The position numbers and the translations under genes were made by a program. Positions 34,254 through 42,497 of a stretch of DNA of 42,497 bases are shown piece by piece. The DNA lies in IMG/VR virus record IMGVR_UViG_3300020161_002831, positions 1 through 42,497 of that record, one strand, 5' to 3'. The stretch comes from a virus (Duplodnaviria > Caudoviricetes). A model generated the notes under the pieces. It saw nothing but the letters and a program-made list of their open reading frames with translations, was not told where the DNA came from and searched no databases. Positions within the stretch are counted from its first letter, which is position 1. Each line of letters begins with the position of its first letter.

Positions 34254-36064
34254 TAAAACCAACTCTTAGGTGAGAACACTGACGTCGGTGGTGGCTTCGG
34301 GGCGCTCAAAACGTCCACCCCGCCGCCCTCCTTCGGGTACACGTACTTCCACTCACCGCTGGCATCTTTGTAGCGGCTGATATACTTGTACGGCTCACGA
34401 AGGGCGGCATAGAACTTTTCCGTCTTACCGTACTTCTCGCCCGCCACGCGGTACATCCACTGATCAGTGGTGAACTGCTTCGGCGGCGCCTTCGAAAACA
34501 TCCGTGTGAACATACCGGGCTGCGCTTGTGGGGGCGGTGTGCTCTGATACCGGCGTACGTCGACTATACGCTTGTCGGGCTCGCGGAACTCCTGTCCGCC
34601 GAGACGACGTGCGCGCGCCTCTGATTGGATGATCCGCTCCGGATTGAAGTGCCCGTCGAGTGCGAAGAACGCGGTGGAGTTACGTAGGTCAAGCCCCTCG
34701 GCGCCCGCGCCACTAAGCACGATCACGCGCTTCTGCCCAGCCTTGTACTCGGCCAGCCCCGCCTCGCGCTCGCTCGACGTTACGGTATCGCCGCCAACCT
34801 CCGCACCTTTGCCAATGAACACGGCGGGCTTGATCCCGCGGGCCTTCAGCCCCGCCAGAAGCACGTCAACGCCGCCGTTGACCAAGTTGCTGTATAGGAC
34901 GACCTGGTTCTTCGGGTCTTGCGCAAGGTGTTCGACGGTGTCATCGAGAAGCTTCTTGGCCTTCGGCGTCCGCTCAGCAGATTGGGCGGGGGTGATGTCC
35001 TTACGCCCCATGCCCACCGAGTTCGCGACTTGCCGCGCCTGTGCAATTTGTGAGAACAATACATTAGCGTCGCGAATGGACACGTTCGGGTCGCCGCGCA
35101 TAATGCGTTCCTTGACGGGTCCGACCTTGTTCAATGCGAGCTGGTAGAGGTCCCACTGCTCTTGCGACATGGGGACCTCTACATTCGAGACCTGCTTCTT
35201 AGGCATAACCTTGTCGCCCTTGACGTCATCGTAGGTGATGAAGTCAATTTTCGGGTAGACCATCTGAAGCATCTCGGGGATGTTCTGCAGTTCTTTCTTC
35301 GGCTTCTTCCCCCCGTTGAATCCCGGGGAGAACCCGACGTTCCGCTCGAAAGACCGCTTGAACTGCTGCGCAGTCATCAGGCGGTGCCCTTCGGAAAGAG
35401 ATAGCAACGATGCCAGCTCGGATACGTCATTATTGACTGGGCTAGCAGTCAGCCCGATGAAGTTGGTCGTCAACGCCCTGGCGCGCTGCAACGCGCTATA
35501 TAACTGCGTTGACTCGTTGCGCGCTTTGTGGAATTCATCAAGGATCAGTGTGTCGGCCCCAGACCGCCGTATGATCCCCTCTGGGTCGCTTCTGAACACC
35601 TCGTATCCGACGATGGTGTAATCTTTACCACTCTTGACCGCATCGCGGAGTACGACATTCGGATTCATCTTCCGCTCGTCGTTCCCGCCGATCACCTGAT
35701 ACTTCGACGTGGTGAACTTATCCACGCCCTCGGTGGCAAAGTTAGTACGAAGACCGGACGGCACAATTACTAGCGCGCTTCGCGCACGGCCGTCGCGCTT
35801 CATTGCCTCGAAACCGAGCACGGCGGTCAACGTCTTTCCAGAGCCGGGCGGTGCTGTGAGCACTAACCTGCCTTTGTTCTGGAACAGCTTATTGACCGCG
35901 GACTGTTGATGCGGCAACGGGACAACTCCCGGTCGTAAAGACGGGATCGGCTGTCCCCCCGGGCCTGGGAGCATTACGGGTGCTGGCTTATCCGCCGCTG
36001 GCTTGTCCGTCACTGCGGCTAACTTGCGAAGCACCGCGGTCATCCGTTGTCTTGACAGCGGCAT
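34253..36064 (-). CDS. SNF2-family (SF2) helicase/ATPase
   Basis: PLPHQ, APPGSGKT, LILDEFH, LTASP, AGAEGLDL, QSEARARR. Confidence 0.88.
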   Translation of the reverse strand: MPLSRQRMTAVLRKLAAVTDKPAADKPAPVMLPGPGGQPIPSLRPGVVPLPHQQSAVNKLFQNKGRLVLTAPPGSGKTLTAVLGFEAMKRDGRARSALVIVPSGLRTNFATEGVDKFTTSKYQVIGGNDERKMNPNVVLRDAVKSGKDYTIVGYEVFRSDPEGIIRRSGADTLILDEFHKARNESTQLYSALQRARALTTNFIGLTASPVNNDVSELASLLSLSEGHRLMTAQQFKRSFERNVGFSPGFNGGKKPKKELQNIPEMLQMVYPKIDFITYDDVKGDKVMPKKQVSNVEVPMSQEQWDLYQLALNKVGPVKERIMRGDPNVSIRDANVLFSQIAQARQVANSVGMGRKDITPAQSAERTPKAKKLLDDTVEHLAQDPKNQVVLYSNLVNGGVDVLLAGLKARGIKPAVFIGKGAEVGGDTVTSSEREAGLAEYKAGQKRVIVLSGAGAEGLDLRNSTAFFALDGHFNPERIIQSEARARRLGGQEFREPDKRIVDVRRYQSTPPPQAQPGMFTRMFSKAPPKQFTTDQWMYRVAGEKYGKTEKFYAALREPYKYISRYKDASGEWKYVYPKEGGGVDVLSAPKPPPTSVFSPKSWF

Positions 36065-36067
36065 CGG

Positions 36068-37855
36068 TTACTCGTCTACTTTGCGGCGAAGAAGTTTACC
36101 GAGTCCTGCGGCGGCAAGAACAGGCGCACCGATATTAACCGTTAATGCCCCGTAGTCTTTCTTACGCATCTTCTTGAACTTTTTGAGCTGAAGATGCTCT
36201 GCCATCAACGCGCGGGCAGTCATTCCGGCGGATTCACCCATTGCTCTCGGTGCGAGGACCGATGGAGAAGCAACGTACTCCCCTGCACGCCAGTACCATT
36301 TCGGTTTCACTTCTCCGATACCGGACAGTCCTTTCCAGAACCCTTCCGCCATCATCTTAGTACCCGCCTGCTGCGCCGCTTTATTCGTATTTGTTACGCC
36401 ACCCTTCACCGCGTTAAAAAGCAGGTGGGTTCCGTACTTACCAGCAATCGGCGAAAGCACAGGAAGACCGGCGGTCGCGCTTACCATACCAGCCATACCC
36501 GCTAAAGCAGCAGGCGTCTCCTCGGCGATAAAGCGTAATTTGGATGGTTCTGCGTGCAGCGGACCGGCGTGCGGAAGACCTGTCGTCCCAGACAAACGGC
36601 CTGCATGCTGAAGACGGTCGAAAGTCCGTGATAGCACCCCGCCAGACGAGCGTGCTGGCTTTACTCCCTCGATGATTTTGACGGCATCAGATAGCGCGCC
36701 AGTAACTGGAGCGACATGCCCGCGTGAGGTGCGCTGCAGCTGTGGGTTTCGATCCACGAACGCAGCCATACGCTGAAGCGTGGCTAGTCGCCGTTCCTCG
36801 GGCACTCCGCGCAGGAAGTGCCCTAAACGAATTCCCATCGTGCGCTCGATGGCAAACTCTCGCGCCGTCATATTCAAAGCGGTAGTGCCACGGATCCCTG
36901 GCGTGGTGAAACCCGCCACTCCTTCGCGGATACCAAGCGCCAGATTTCGGGCGCGAGATTCGATACCGACCGAAGCCGCCGTGGGAGAAAGCGATTTCAG
37001 CCCTGCGCTATGGATTCCGCCGGACACAGCCCCGGTAAGCCCATGCAGGCCGAACACTGCGGGTAGATCCCAGGCCAGTCCCTTTGCCAACTCGCCTACG
37101 AACGCTTTCTTCTCTTTACCGCCGTCCATGAATTTCATCGCAGCATCGGTGACTCCTGCGGCAACAACGCCACCAAAGAGGCCACCCGCGGCGCCGCCCA
37201 TCAGCCGTGGACCAGCACGACGCATGATCTGCCCAATTTGTCGGACAGACCCCAGCTCCTTTACCGCACCCTCGCCGGCACGGCTGAGCGCTCCGATAGC
37301 CGCGCCCGTCAACGCGGGTGCGATGTACTTATGTAGTGCAGACCCGTGCTCGTCGGATTTATTGCGTCCTGACGCAATACTCATGCCGACAACCGCAGCG
37401 AGTGGAGCCTTGTAGAATGCGCGCATGCCACCGAGCAGCGCTCCGGCACGCAGAGACTTGCTAAGAGAAGCGCCGCTACGACGCATCTCAAAGCCGTCCT
37501 CTAACATACCCTTTAGGCCCTGATGGATGGCGGCGCTGCCCGCCAGATACGCGAGTCCTCTGTTGCGCCGCTCTTCGTCCTTACTGCCCGCTAAACGCAC
37601 GCCCTGCAAGAATATAGGGGCAGTGAGCACGCCCAGTGCGGCGCCCAGTGCGCGACCAGTGCCTCGGCCAGCAAGGCCCTGCGTTAGCAGTTTGCTGAAG
37701 TCTCTACGCGAACCGCCCGTCTTCTGTTCGACCGCGTATTCGATACCGCCTTTGGGCAAGTCACCGATAAGCGCCTTCAACCCAAAAATAGGCGCGGCTT
37801 TGGCTACGTCCGATAAGTAGCTACGACCCTCGGTTCTATGTTCATCTGTAGACAC
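36068..37855 (-). CDS. large basic Gly/Ala-rich protein with several hydrophobic helices
   Basis: 595 aa; GxxxG segments; EKKAF; ends APVLAAAGLGKLLRRKVDE. Confidence 0.7.
   Translation of the reverse strand: MSTDEHRTEGRSYLSDVAKAAPIFGLKALIGDLPKGGIEYAVEQKTGGSRRDFSKLLTQGLAGRGTGRALGAALGVLTAPIFLQGVRLAGSKDEERRNRGLAYLAGSAAIHQGLKGMLEDGFEMRRSGASLSKSLRAGALLGGMRAFYKAPLAAVVGMSIASGRNKSDEHGSALHKYIAPALTGAAIGALSRAGEGAVKELGSVRQIGQIMRRAGPRLMGGAAGGLFGGVVAAGVTDAAMKFMDGGKEKKAFVGELAKGLAWDLPAVFGLHGLTGAVSGGIHSAGLKSLSPTAASVGIESRARNLALGIREGVAGFTTPGIRGTTALNMTAREFAIERTMGIRLGHFLRGVPEERRLATLQRMAAFVDRNPQLQRTSRGHVAPVTGALSDAVKIIEGVKPARSSGGVLSRTFDRLQHAGRLSGTTGLPHAGPLHAEPSKLRFIAEETPAALAGMAGMVSATAGLPVLSPIAGKYGTHLLFNAVKGGVTNTNKAAQQAGTKMMAEGFWKGLSGIGEVKPKWYWRAGEYVASPSVLAPRAMGESAGMTARALMAEHLQLKKFKKMRKKDYGALTVNIGAPVLAAAGLGKLLRRKVDE
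36133..36147. repeat. 15-bp palindrome variant (intragenic)
   Basis: TATTAACCGTTAATG. Confidence 0.9.
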
Positions 37856-37861
37856 GGGGAC

Positions 37862-38248
37862 CTACTTGGCAAGTTCTTTGTCCACCAATTCTACAATGAG
37901 AGACGCGATTAGCATTGTCGGAGCTTCGTGCTCGATGGTAACGAAGTAGCTGGTCTCCGGAGACCCCGAGGGAGTCCGCGCAACGTCCCGGATAATCTCT
38001 AGTCGGCCACTCATCTTGCGTTGCGTGATCGTGTCGGGAATGACCTTGGCCAACGTCGTAGGCATCGGCTGGTCCGGCGACGGGCTCCAGAATCGAAGCA
38101 GAATCCGGTCGCTCTCTACGCACGCCTCCACTACGAACTTTTCCGGGGTGTAGCTCGTGGGCTTGAACGGGCTGACAAAAGGACGCAGCTTGAACCCGCC
38201 GAGTCCGAACTTGGTGAGCTTGGCTTCCGCTTCGTTGTTATCCATCAT
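37862..38248 (-). CDS. hypothetical protein
   Basis: 128 aa; AAGGA RBS; in operon. Confidence 0.65.
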   Translation of the reverse strand: MMDNNEAEAKLTKFGLGGFKLRPFVSPFKPTSYTPEKFVVEACVESDRILLRFWSPSPDQPMPTTLAKVIPDTITQRKMSGRLEIIRDVARTPSGSPETSYFVTIEHEAPTMLIASLIVELVDKELAK

Positions 38249-38251
38249 GGG

Positions 38252-39040
38252 TCATTCCTTCAGGGAGTCGATACTCGGGATCACTACGTCGACTTGCTTG
38301 AGCTGGAGCTTCCGCAGCTGTACCAGCAACTCCGCGACTTTGTCGTCAGCCGCGCCGTTGAGCTTCTCATCCGCGGCTAGGTAGATTTCCGACCACAGAC
38401 GCGCCGCGAGTGCCGCCGGTTGGCCGTTGTGCATCATACCTGTTTCGCGGAAGCGCATGAGAGATTCGTTCTGCATCAGGCGCAGCGCCTGATCACGCGT
38501 GACCTCCGTTCGATGCCCCATCTTCCACAGAACCATCTCTGGCTCTTTGAGCGTGTACGCCACCCGGTACGTGTATCCGTACGGATGTTCGTGACATAAA
38601 CGGTTAATATTTTCAGGGCCTATCGCGCGCCAGTTCCAGTAGTAATGCTCGAATGCGCGAATGGCATCGGGGCTCAGAACAACGCCGACCATCGTCGCGA
38701 TATGGCCGGCTACCTGCTCCGCGGCGATTCCCGTCAGTGACAGCCCCTCGACAATTTTACGCACGTTTGGGTCGTCAAGTATCTTCTCTTCTGCTTGCCG
38801 AACTGACGTGTCGTTGGCAAACATCGAGTAGATTTTTTGGCGGCGCAGCCAGGAAAGCGAGTCGGCAGACGAGACAGTTACCCGTGCAGGTTTGCCGCGC
38901 TCCATGGCGTCTTTGATTTTTTTGATGCTATCAGACGAGCACAGAGGGAGGTGCTTTAAGACGGCAAGATGCTCAATCTCGTTAATCCGCATTCCGCGGG
39001 CGAGTAAGCATTTGATCCAGAAGTGGTGTACGGCGTCCAT
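38252..39040 (-). CDS. hypothetical helical protein
   Basis: 262 aa in operon; no recognised family. Confidence 0.7.
   Translation of the reverse strand: MDAVHHFWIKCLLARGMRINEIEHLAVLKHLPLCSSDSIKKIKDAMERGKPARVTVSSADSLSWLRRQKIYSMFANDTSVRQAEEKILDDPNVRKIVEGLSLTGIAAEQVAGHIATMVGVVLSPDAIRAFEHYYWNWRAIGPENINRLCHEHPYGYTYRVAYTLKEPEMVLWKMGHRTEVTRDQALRLMQNESLMRFRETGMMHNGQPAALAARLWSEIYLAADEKLNGAADDKVAELLVQLRKLQLKQVDVVIPSIDSLKE
38595..38609. repeat. 15-bp palindrome variant (intragenic)
   Basis: CATAAACGGTTAATA. Confidence 0.8.
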
Positions 39041-39057
39041 TCAAAGCGAATCTACCA

Positions 39058-41154
39058 TTAACCAGCCAGTCGGATCTGAAGTTTTTTCAGTCCGGTGATG
39101 GCGCGCTCGATCCCATTCAGTGCGCTCGACACTGCATCTTCTGGCACGTCCTGCAGACCGAGCCGCACGCCGATCAGCAGCTCCGCAAGATTAGTTGCCG
39201 CATCCTCGAAGGACGCAAGACTATCTACGTAGTGCGTCACGTTGTCGGGCGTAATGAAGTTGAGCGACAGCACGGCGTCCAAAGAGTCGGGCGACCCCGA
39301 CACGGAGAGCACTGCGGCCTCCTTGACGAGATTGAGCCGAATGCCACCCAGCTCTTCGTCGGAGATTCGCACGGACGCGCACTTCTGCGGGCGCTTCTTC
39401 ACGCGAGACTTCTTGGAGGGAATGAAGCTCGCGACCTTGGCGTCCATCGCCTCGGCCATCTTGTACTTCGCGCTCAGGTCGTCAGCCCCGAGCAGTCCGA
39501 GCGTGAGAAGCGTCTCCTCGACTCCGTACGTGCGAGTGTCCTCGATGCCAGGAATGTCGAAGCCGAAACGACCGTCGACATAGCGAAGGTTGATCGCATC
39601 CGGGGTCTCATTCGGAATCCCCGCAGCGGTCTTCACGAAGCTACCGTCGAAGCGCTGTTGCACAAACACGGCGTCGTCGGGAAGTAAGAACTCCCCATGC
39701 GCGACTTTTCGCAGGCTACCGATTTTGGTGCGTGTGAGCGTCGCGCCGGTCTCCAGCGCTGTATCCACAAGATACGACCGACCACCGGCAGCGTCGGTGA
39801 CGCTCGTTCTGATCGTCAGGGGTTCCGAGACAAAACCTGTCGAGGGGAAAAAGAAGACCCCCTCGCCGTGCTCCGCGGTTTGCCCAATCGACAGGCTCGC
39901 CAGTTTGACAGGGGTGCCTACGTCACCAGCAACCGAGTCTTGGAAACCGCTGCCGATACTATTGGATAGTACGACAACCGCGTCTTCACGGCCTCCGTCA
40001 AGGCGCAGTACGTCTGTAATCACGAGCGCGTCGTCATAGACACCGTCGTGCCGCAGGACACGGCACATACGCGTAGAAGCTACCTTCTCATACGAGGTCT
40101 GCGCGACCTCTGAGATGTCCGATGGGGGCGCCAGCAAAACGACGTTGTCCTCGAAAAGACGCTGGCGTAATGCGACGTCTAGCTGCGCCACGTCTCTGGG
40201 TGATAGCTCCGCGGTCTTCTCCAGGTCGAGTAGCGTGACACCACCGCCACCTCTACGAATGAGAACCAGCACGTCGCCAAACTCAGGGGCAACCGCGCTA
40301 GTGGGTTCCCCCACGTTCTGCGTGGCTTCCGCAGCCTTCTCCAGTGCGGTACCGAAGTACGGGTCGTTCAAGGCCGTGTGGCGTAGCCACTCGTCGTTTC
40401 CGACAGCCTCCAGTAGCGCAGATACTTCCTGTTCGCCTGGATGTAGCTGTGAGAGCAACGAACCGATCTTTACCGCGTTATCGCCAGAGTATGCGCTGCT
40501 GCGCATCGAGCCACCAACGCCGCCACCGTTACCGGCGAAGTCGTTATAGCTGAAGCTCTGCGGGCCGCCTCCGACCGGGGGTGCCGTCACCGCAAACAGG
40601 TTCGCGTCAAACATCACTTGCGCCAGTCGTGTTTCCGACAGCGGAAGAAACTTCCCGTCTGACGTGATGAACACGTCGAACGACGCGACCTTTTTGTTGT
40701 TGACGATAACCGGCACGCGCACCGGCTGCGCCTGCTGCTCCATACCCGGTGGCGGGCCACCCGGCTGCTGCATCTGCTGTTGCATCTGCGACTGCGGCAC
40801 TTGCTGCGGCTGCATCTGCTGCTGCATCTGCTGCGGCGGCATCTGGGCCTGCTGCGGCATCCAGTACCCAGGGTCCTGCTGCGGAGGAGACTGCTGCCCA
40901 TTCTCAGTACTCATCGTCGGAGAGTACGTCGGCGCGCGGACGGTGAACACGCCGTACATGTATCCACGCGCGTCATCCTGATTGATGATTTCCAGGGCGA
41001 TCTGATACTTGCCCAGATACGGATGCTGCTTGTACAGCTGCGCCGTAATCTCAGACTGGTAGGTCGCCGGATTGTCACCCAAAACGATACGCGCGGCAGT
41101 CTTCGTCCGGCTAGCGAACGAAGAGGGAGGATCGACTACGCGGAGAAGCTGCAT
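39058..41154 (-). CDS. large putative internal head protein with Gln-rich linker and many K-x-A motifs
   Basis: ATG 41154 after GAGGA; KTAA, KAAE, KTAE, KVAS, KLAS, KTAA, KVAS, KCAS, KEAA; Q/M/P-rich tract about 40730-40900. Confidence 0.7.
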   Translation of the reverse strand: MQLLRVVDPPSSFASRTKTAARIVLGDNPATYQSEITAQLYKQHPYLGKYQIALEIINQDDARGYMYGVFTVRAPTYSPTMSTENGQQSPPQQDPGYWMPQQAQMPPQQMQQQMQPQQVPQSQMQQQMQQPGGPPPGMEQQAQPVRVPVIVNNKKVASFDVFITSDGKFLPLSETRLAQVMFDANLFAVTAPPVGGGPQSFSYNDFAGNGGGVGGSMRSSAYSGDNAVKIGSLLSQLHPGEQEVSALLEAVGNDEWLRHTALNDPYFGTALEKAAEATQNVGEPTSAVAPEFGDVLVLIRRGGGGVTLLDLEKTAELSPRDVAQLDVALRQRLFEDNVVLLAPPSDISEVAQTSYEKVASTRMCRVLRHDGVYDDALVITDVLRLDGGREDAVVVLSNSIGSGFQDSVAGDVGTPVKLASLSIGQTAEHGEGVFFFPSTGFVSEPLTIRTSVTDAAGGRSYLVDTALETGATLTRTKIGSLRKVAHGEFLLPDDAVFVQQRFDGSFVKTAAGIPNETPDAINLRYVDGRFGFDIPGIEDTRTYGVEETLLTLGLLGADDLSAKYKMAEAMDAKVASFIPSKKSRVKKRPQKCASVRISDEELGGIRLNLVKEAAVLSVSGSPDSLDAVLSLNFITPDNVTHYVDSLASFEDAATNLAELLIGVRLGLQDVPEDAVSSALNGIERAITGLKKLQIRLAG

Positions 41155-41164
41155 TTGTTCCTCA

Positions 41165-42430
41165 TCATGGTTCTGGCGGCGTTGGCATTGGGAAACGCGC
41201 TTGGAGTGATTGTAGCAGAAGGATGAGGTCGGCAAAAGCGAAGTGCTCTGCTAGGTCCGCCAGTGGAGGGGGCAACGCCTCTAACGCAGCAGGGATAAGC
41301 TGCAGTCCAGATATCGCCGCGGTGAACAGCGCGAATAACTCTGGGTCCGCAAATGTCATGGGGACAAGCGGATTCGCGGGTGTAAGACCGGAGAGACTTA
41401 CCGCTGGCGTGTTTAGCGCGACTACACCGTTGAGTGTGATCGCCGGCGCAGTGATGGCTACCGAGGCCGCACTAAGTTCCACAGAACCGTCAGTATTAAC
41501 GGTTAATATTACGGAATCGCCGACAGTCACCTGTGCGGCTTCCCCGACCGCCACGAATAGCTTCTTGGTTTCGACATGGATGACGGACTTGGACATGACG
41601 AACATGTCTCCGTCTTTCGACACCTGAACCGCAAAGACTACGGGCGAAACTCCGGGGAGCTTTACGGTGATGCTGATGGCACCCTCTGTGCCTTCCGTAA
41701 AGCCAAGGCCGACGTGCTCTCTGACCGCCGGGTCATGCGCGAATTTGTGCAGCTTGTCTTGGACGGAAATTAGCGTTCTATCAGACAGCTCACCTACCGT
41801 GATTTCCACGGGAAACAGTACGTCAATCACGTTGTCCTGCGCAGTGCGCTTCAGGCGGTACGTCAGACGGGCGGCAGTGTTCGTGGCGTCTGCCGTTGGG
41901 TCAACCGCAGTGACCAGTTCAGAATGTAGCCACGTCACTTCACCCAGCGGCGACACAGCTTCGTACTGCTCGAATACGTCTCTGATGAGATTGTCTACTG
42001 GAATGTACATCCGCTGCGCCATTCCGGTGGCACCGATACGAACGAGCCCGCCACGAAGCACCTCGACAAAGTTACCGTCGCGGGAGCGGATCGCGATGTC
42101 CCCCGGCTCCATCTGCGGGCGGCTACCACGAAACGAGATGCCCGCGTCGTCCTGCACGAGCGCGGGATTATCCACGAAACCAATGATGCAGCCCGTACCA
42201 TCTGCGGCAGTCATCACGTAGCAATACGCACCGGCTTCCGGCAGAATATAAATCCCACCGTCGTGGTCACCGTGACAATACAGCGCGCTTACCGCGATGT
42301 CCCGGTAGTGCTTTTCCGTAAACTCGGTGACAACGTCCACGGTGAACGCGACCGGGTCAACCGCTACGATTTTGCCTAGTTCAAATCGCGCCGCGCCGTC
42401 CGCGGAGGAAGTCGGTTGTGAAAGTCCCAT
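41165..42430 (-). CDS. baseplate spike/hub protein (gp5/gpV-like)
   Basis: N-terminal OB-fold pattern GKIVAVDP..FTVDV...IYILPEAGAYCYV then beta-helix-like repeats (DGSVELSAASVAITAPAITLNG). Confidence 0.65.
   Translation of the reverse strand: MGLSQPTSSADGAARFELGKIVAVDPVAFTVDVVTEFTEKHYRDIAVSALYCHGDHDGGIYILPEAGAYCYVMTAADGTGCIIGFVDNPALVQDDAGISFRGSRPQMEPGDIAIRSRDGNFVEVLRGGLVRIGATGMAQRMYIPVDNLIRDVFEQYEAVSPLGEVTWLHSELVTAVDPTADATNTAARLTYRLKRTAQDNVIDVLFPVEITVGELSDRTLISVQDKLHKFAHDPAVREHVGLGFTEGTEGAISITVKLPGVSPVVFAVQVSKDGDMFVMSKSVIHVETKKLFVAVGEAAQVTVGDSVILTVNTDGSVELSAASVAITAPAITLNGVVALNTPAVSLSGLTPANPLVPMTFADPELFALFTAAISGLQLIPAALEALPPPLADLAEHFAFADLILLLQSLQARFPMPTPPEP
41494..41508. repeat. 15-bp palindrome copy (inside spike gene)
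   Basis: TATTAACGGTTAATA. Confidence 0.95.
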
Positions 42431-42495
42431 CAGTACGGGTTCCCTTCATCCGTCTTGTCCTTCCGACCAAACTCCGCGGAATACACCAGTCCAGG
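42430..42495 (-). CDS. C-terminus of an upstream gene (truncated by the window)
   Basis: ...PGLVYSAEFGRKDKTDEGNPY* with its TGA overlapping the ATG of 41165..42430. Confidence 0.5.
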   Translation of the reverse strand, partial: PGLVYSAEFGRKDKTDEGNPY

Positions 42496-42497
42496 TA

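Noticed and set aside
38252-39040. Terminase small subunit
   Set aside because: Helical and plausible in size, but not adjacent to terL and without a motif I can recognise.
42430-42495. Terminal fragment PGLVYSAEFG as the end of a phage RNA polymerase subunit
   Set aside because: Only 21 residues are visible; resemblance is too slight to support a call.

Overview
A roughly 60% GC segment of a large contractile-tailed (myovirus-type, probably jumbo) phage genome. Left part (1-4.4 kb, minus strand): small hypothetical genes, an RHH-type regulator and a probable tail-assembly-chaperone pair joined by a -1 slippery site. Middle (4.5-12.8 kb, plus strand): an orphan gene enclosed by mirror-image arrays of palindromes and hairpins, a ParB-family protein with a histone-H1-like tail, then a Ycf46-type AAA ATPase, a degenerate RecA-like gene, DUF2997-like, radical SAM and DUF1257-like genes. 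Right part (12.8-42.5 kb, almost all minus strand): morphogenesis block with tail tube, very large sheath, neck proteins, major capsid, scaffold-like proteins, prohead protease, large terminase, baseplate spike, and many putative head-packaged proteins (GNAT, SNF2 helicase, Gly-zipper membrane proteins) sharing a K-x-A-[S/A/G] motif. The most striking non-gene signal is the AT-rich palindrome TATTAAC(C/G)GTTAATA, found 22 times about every 1.9 kb, 10 of them inside genes. All product calls come from motif recognition by eye; no database search was run.
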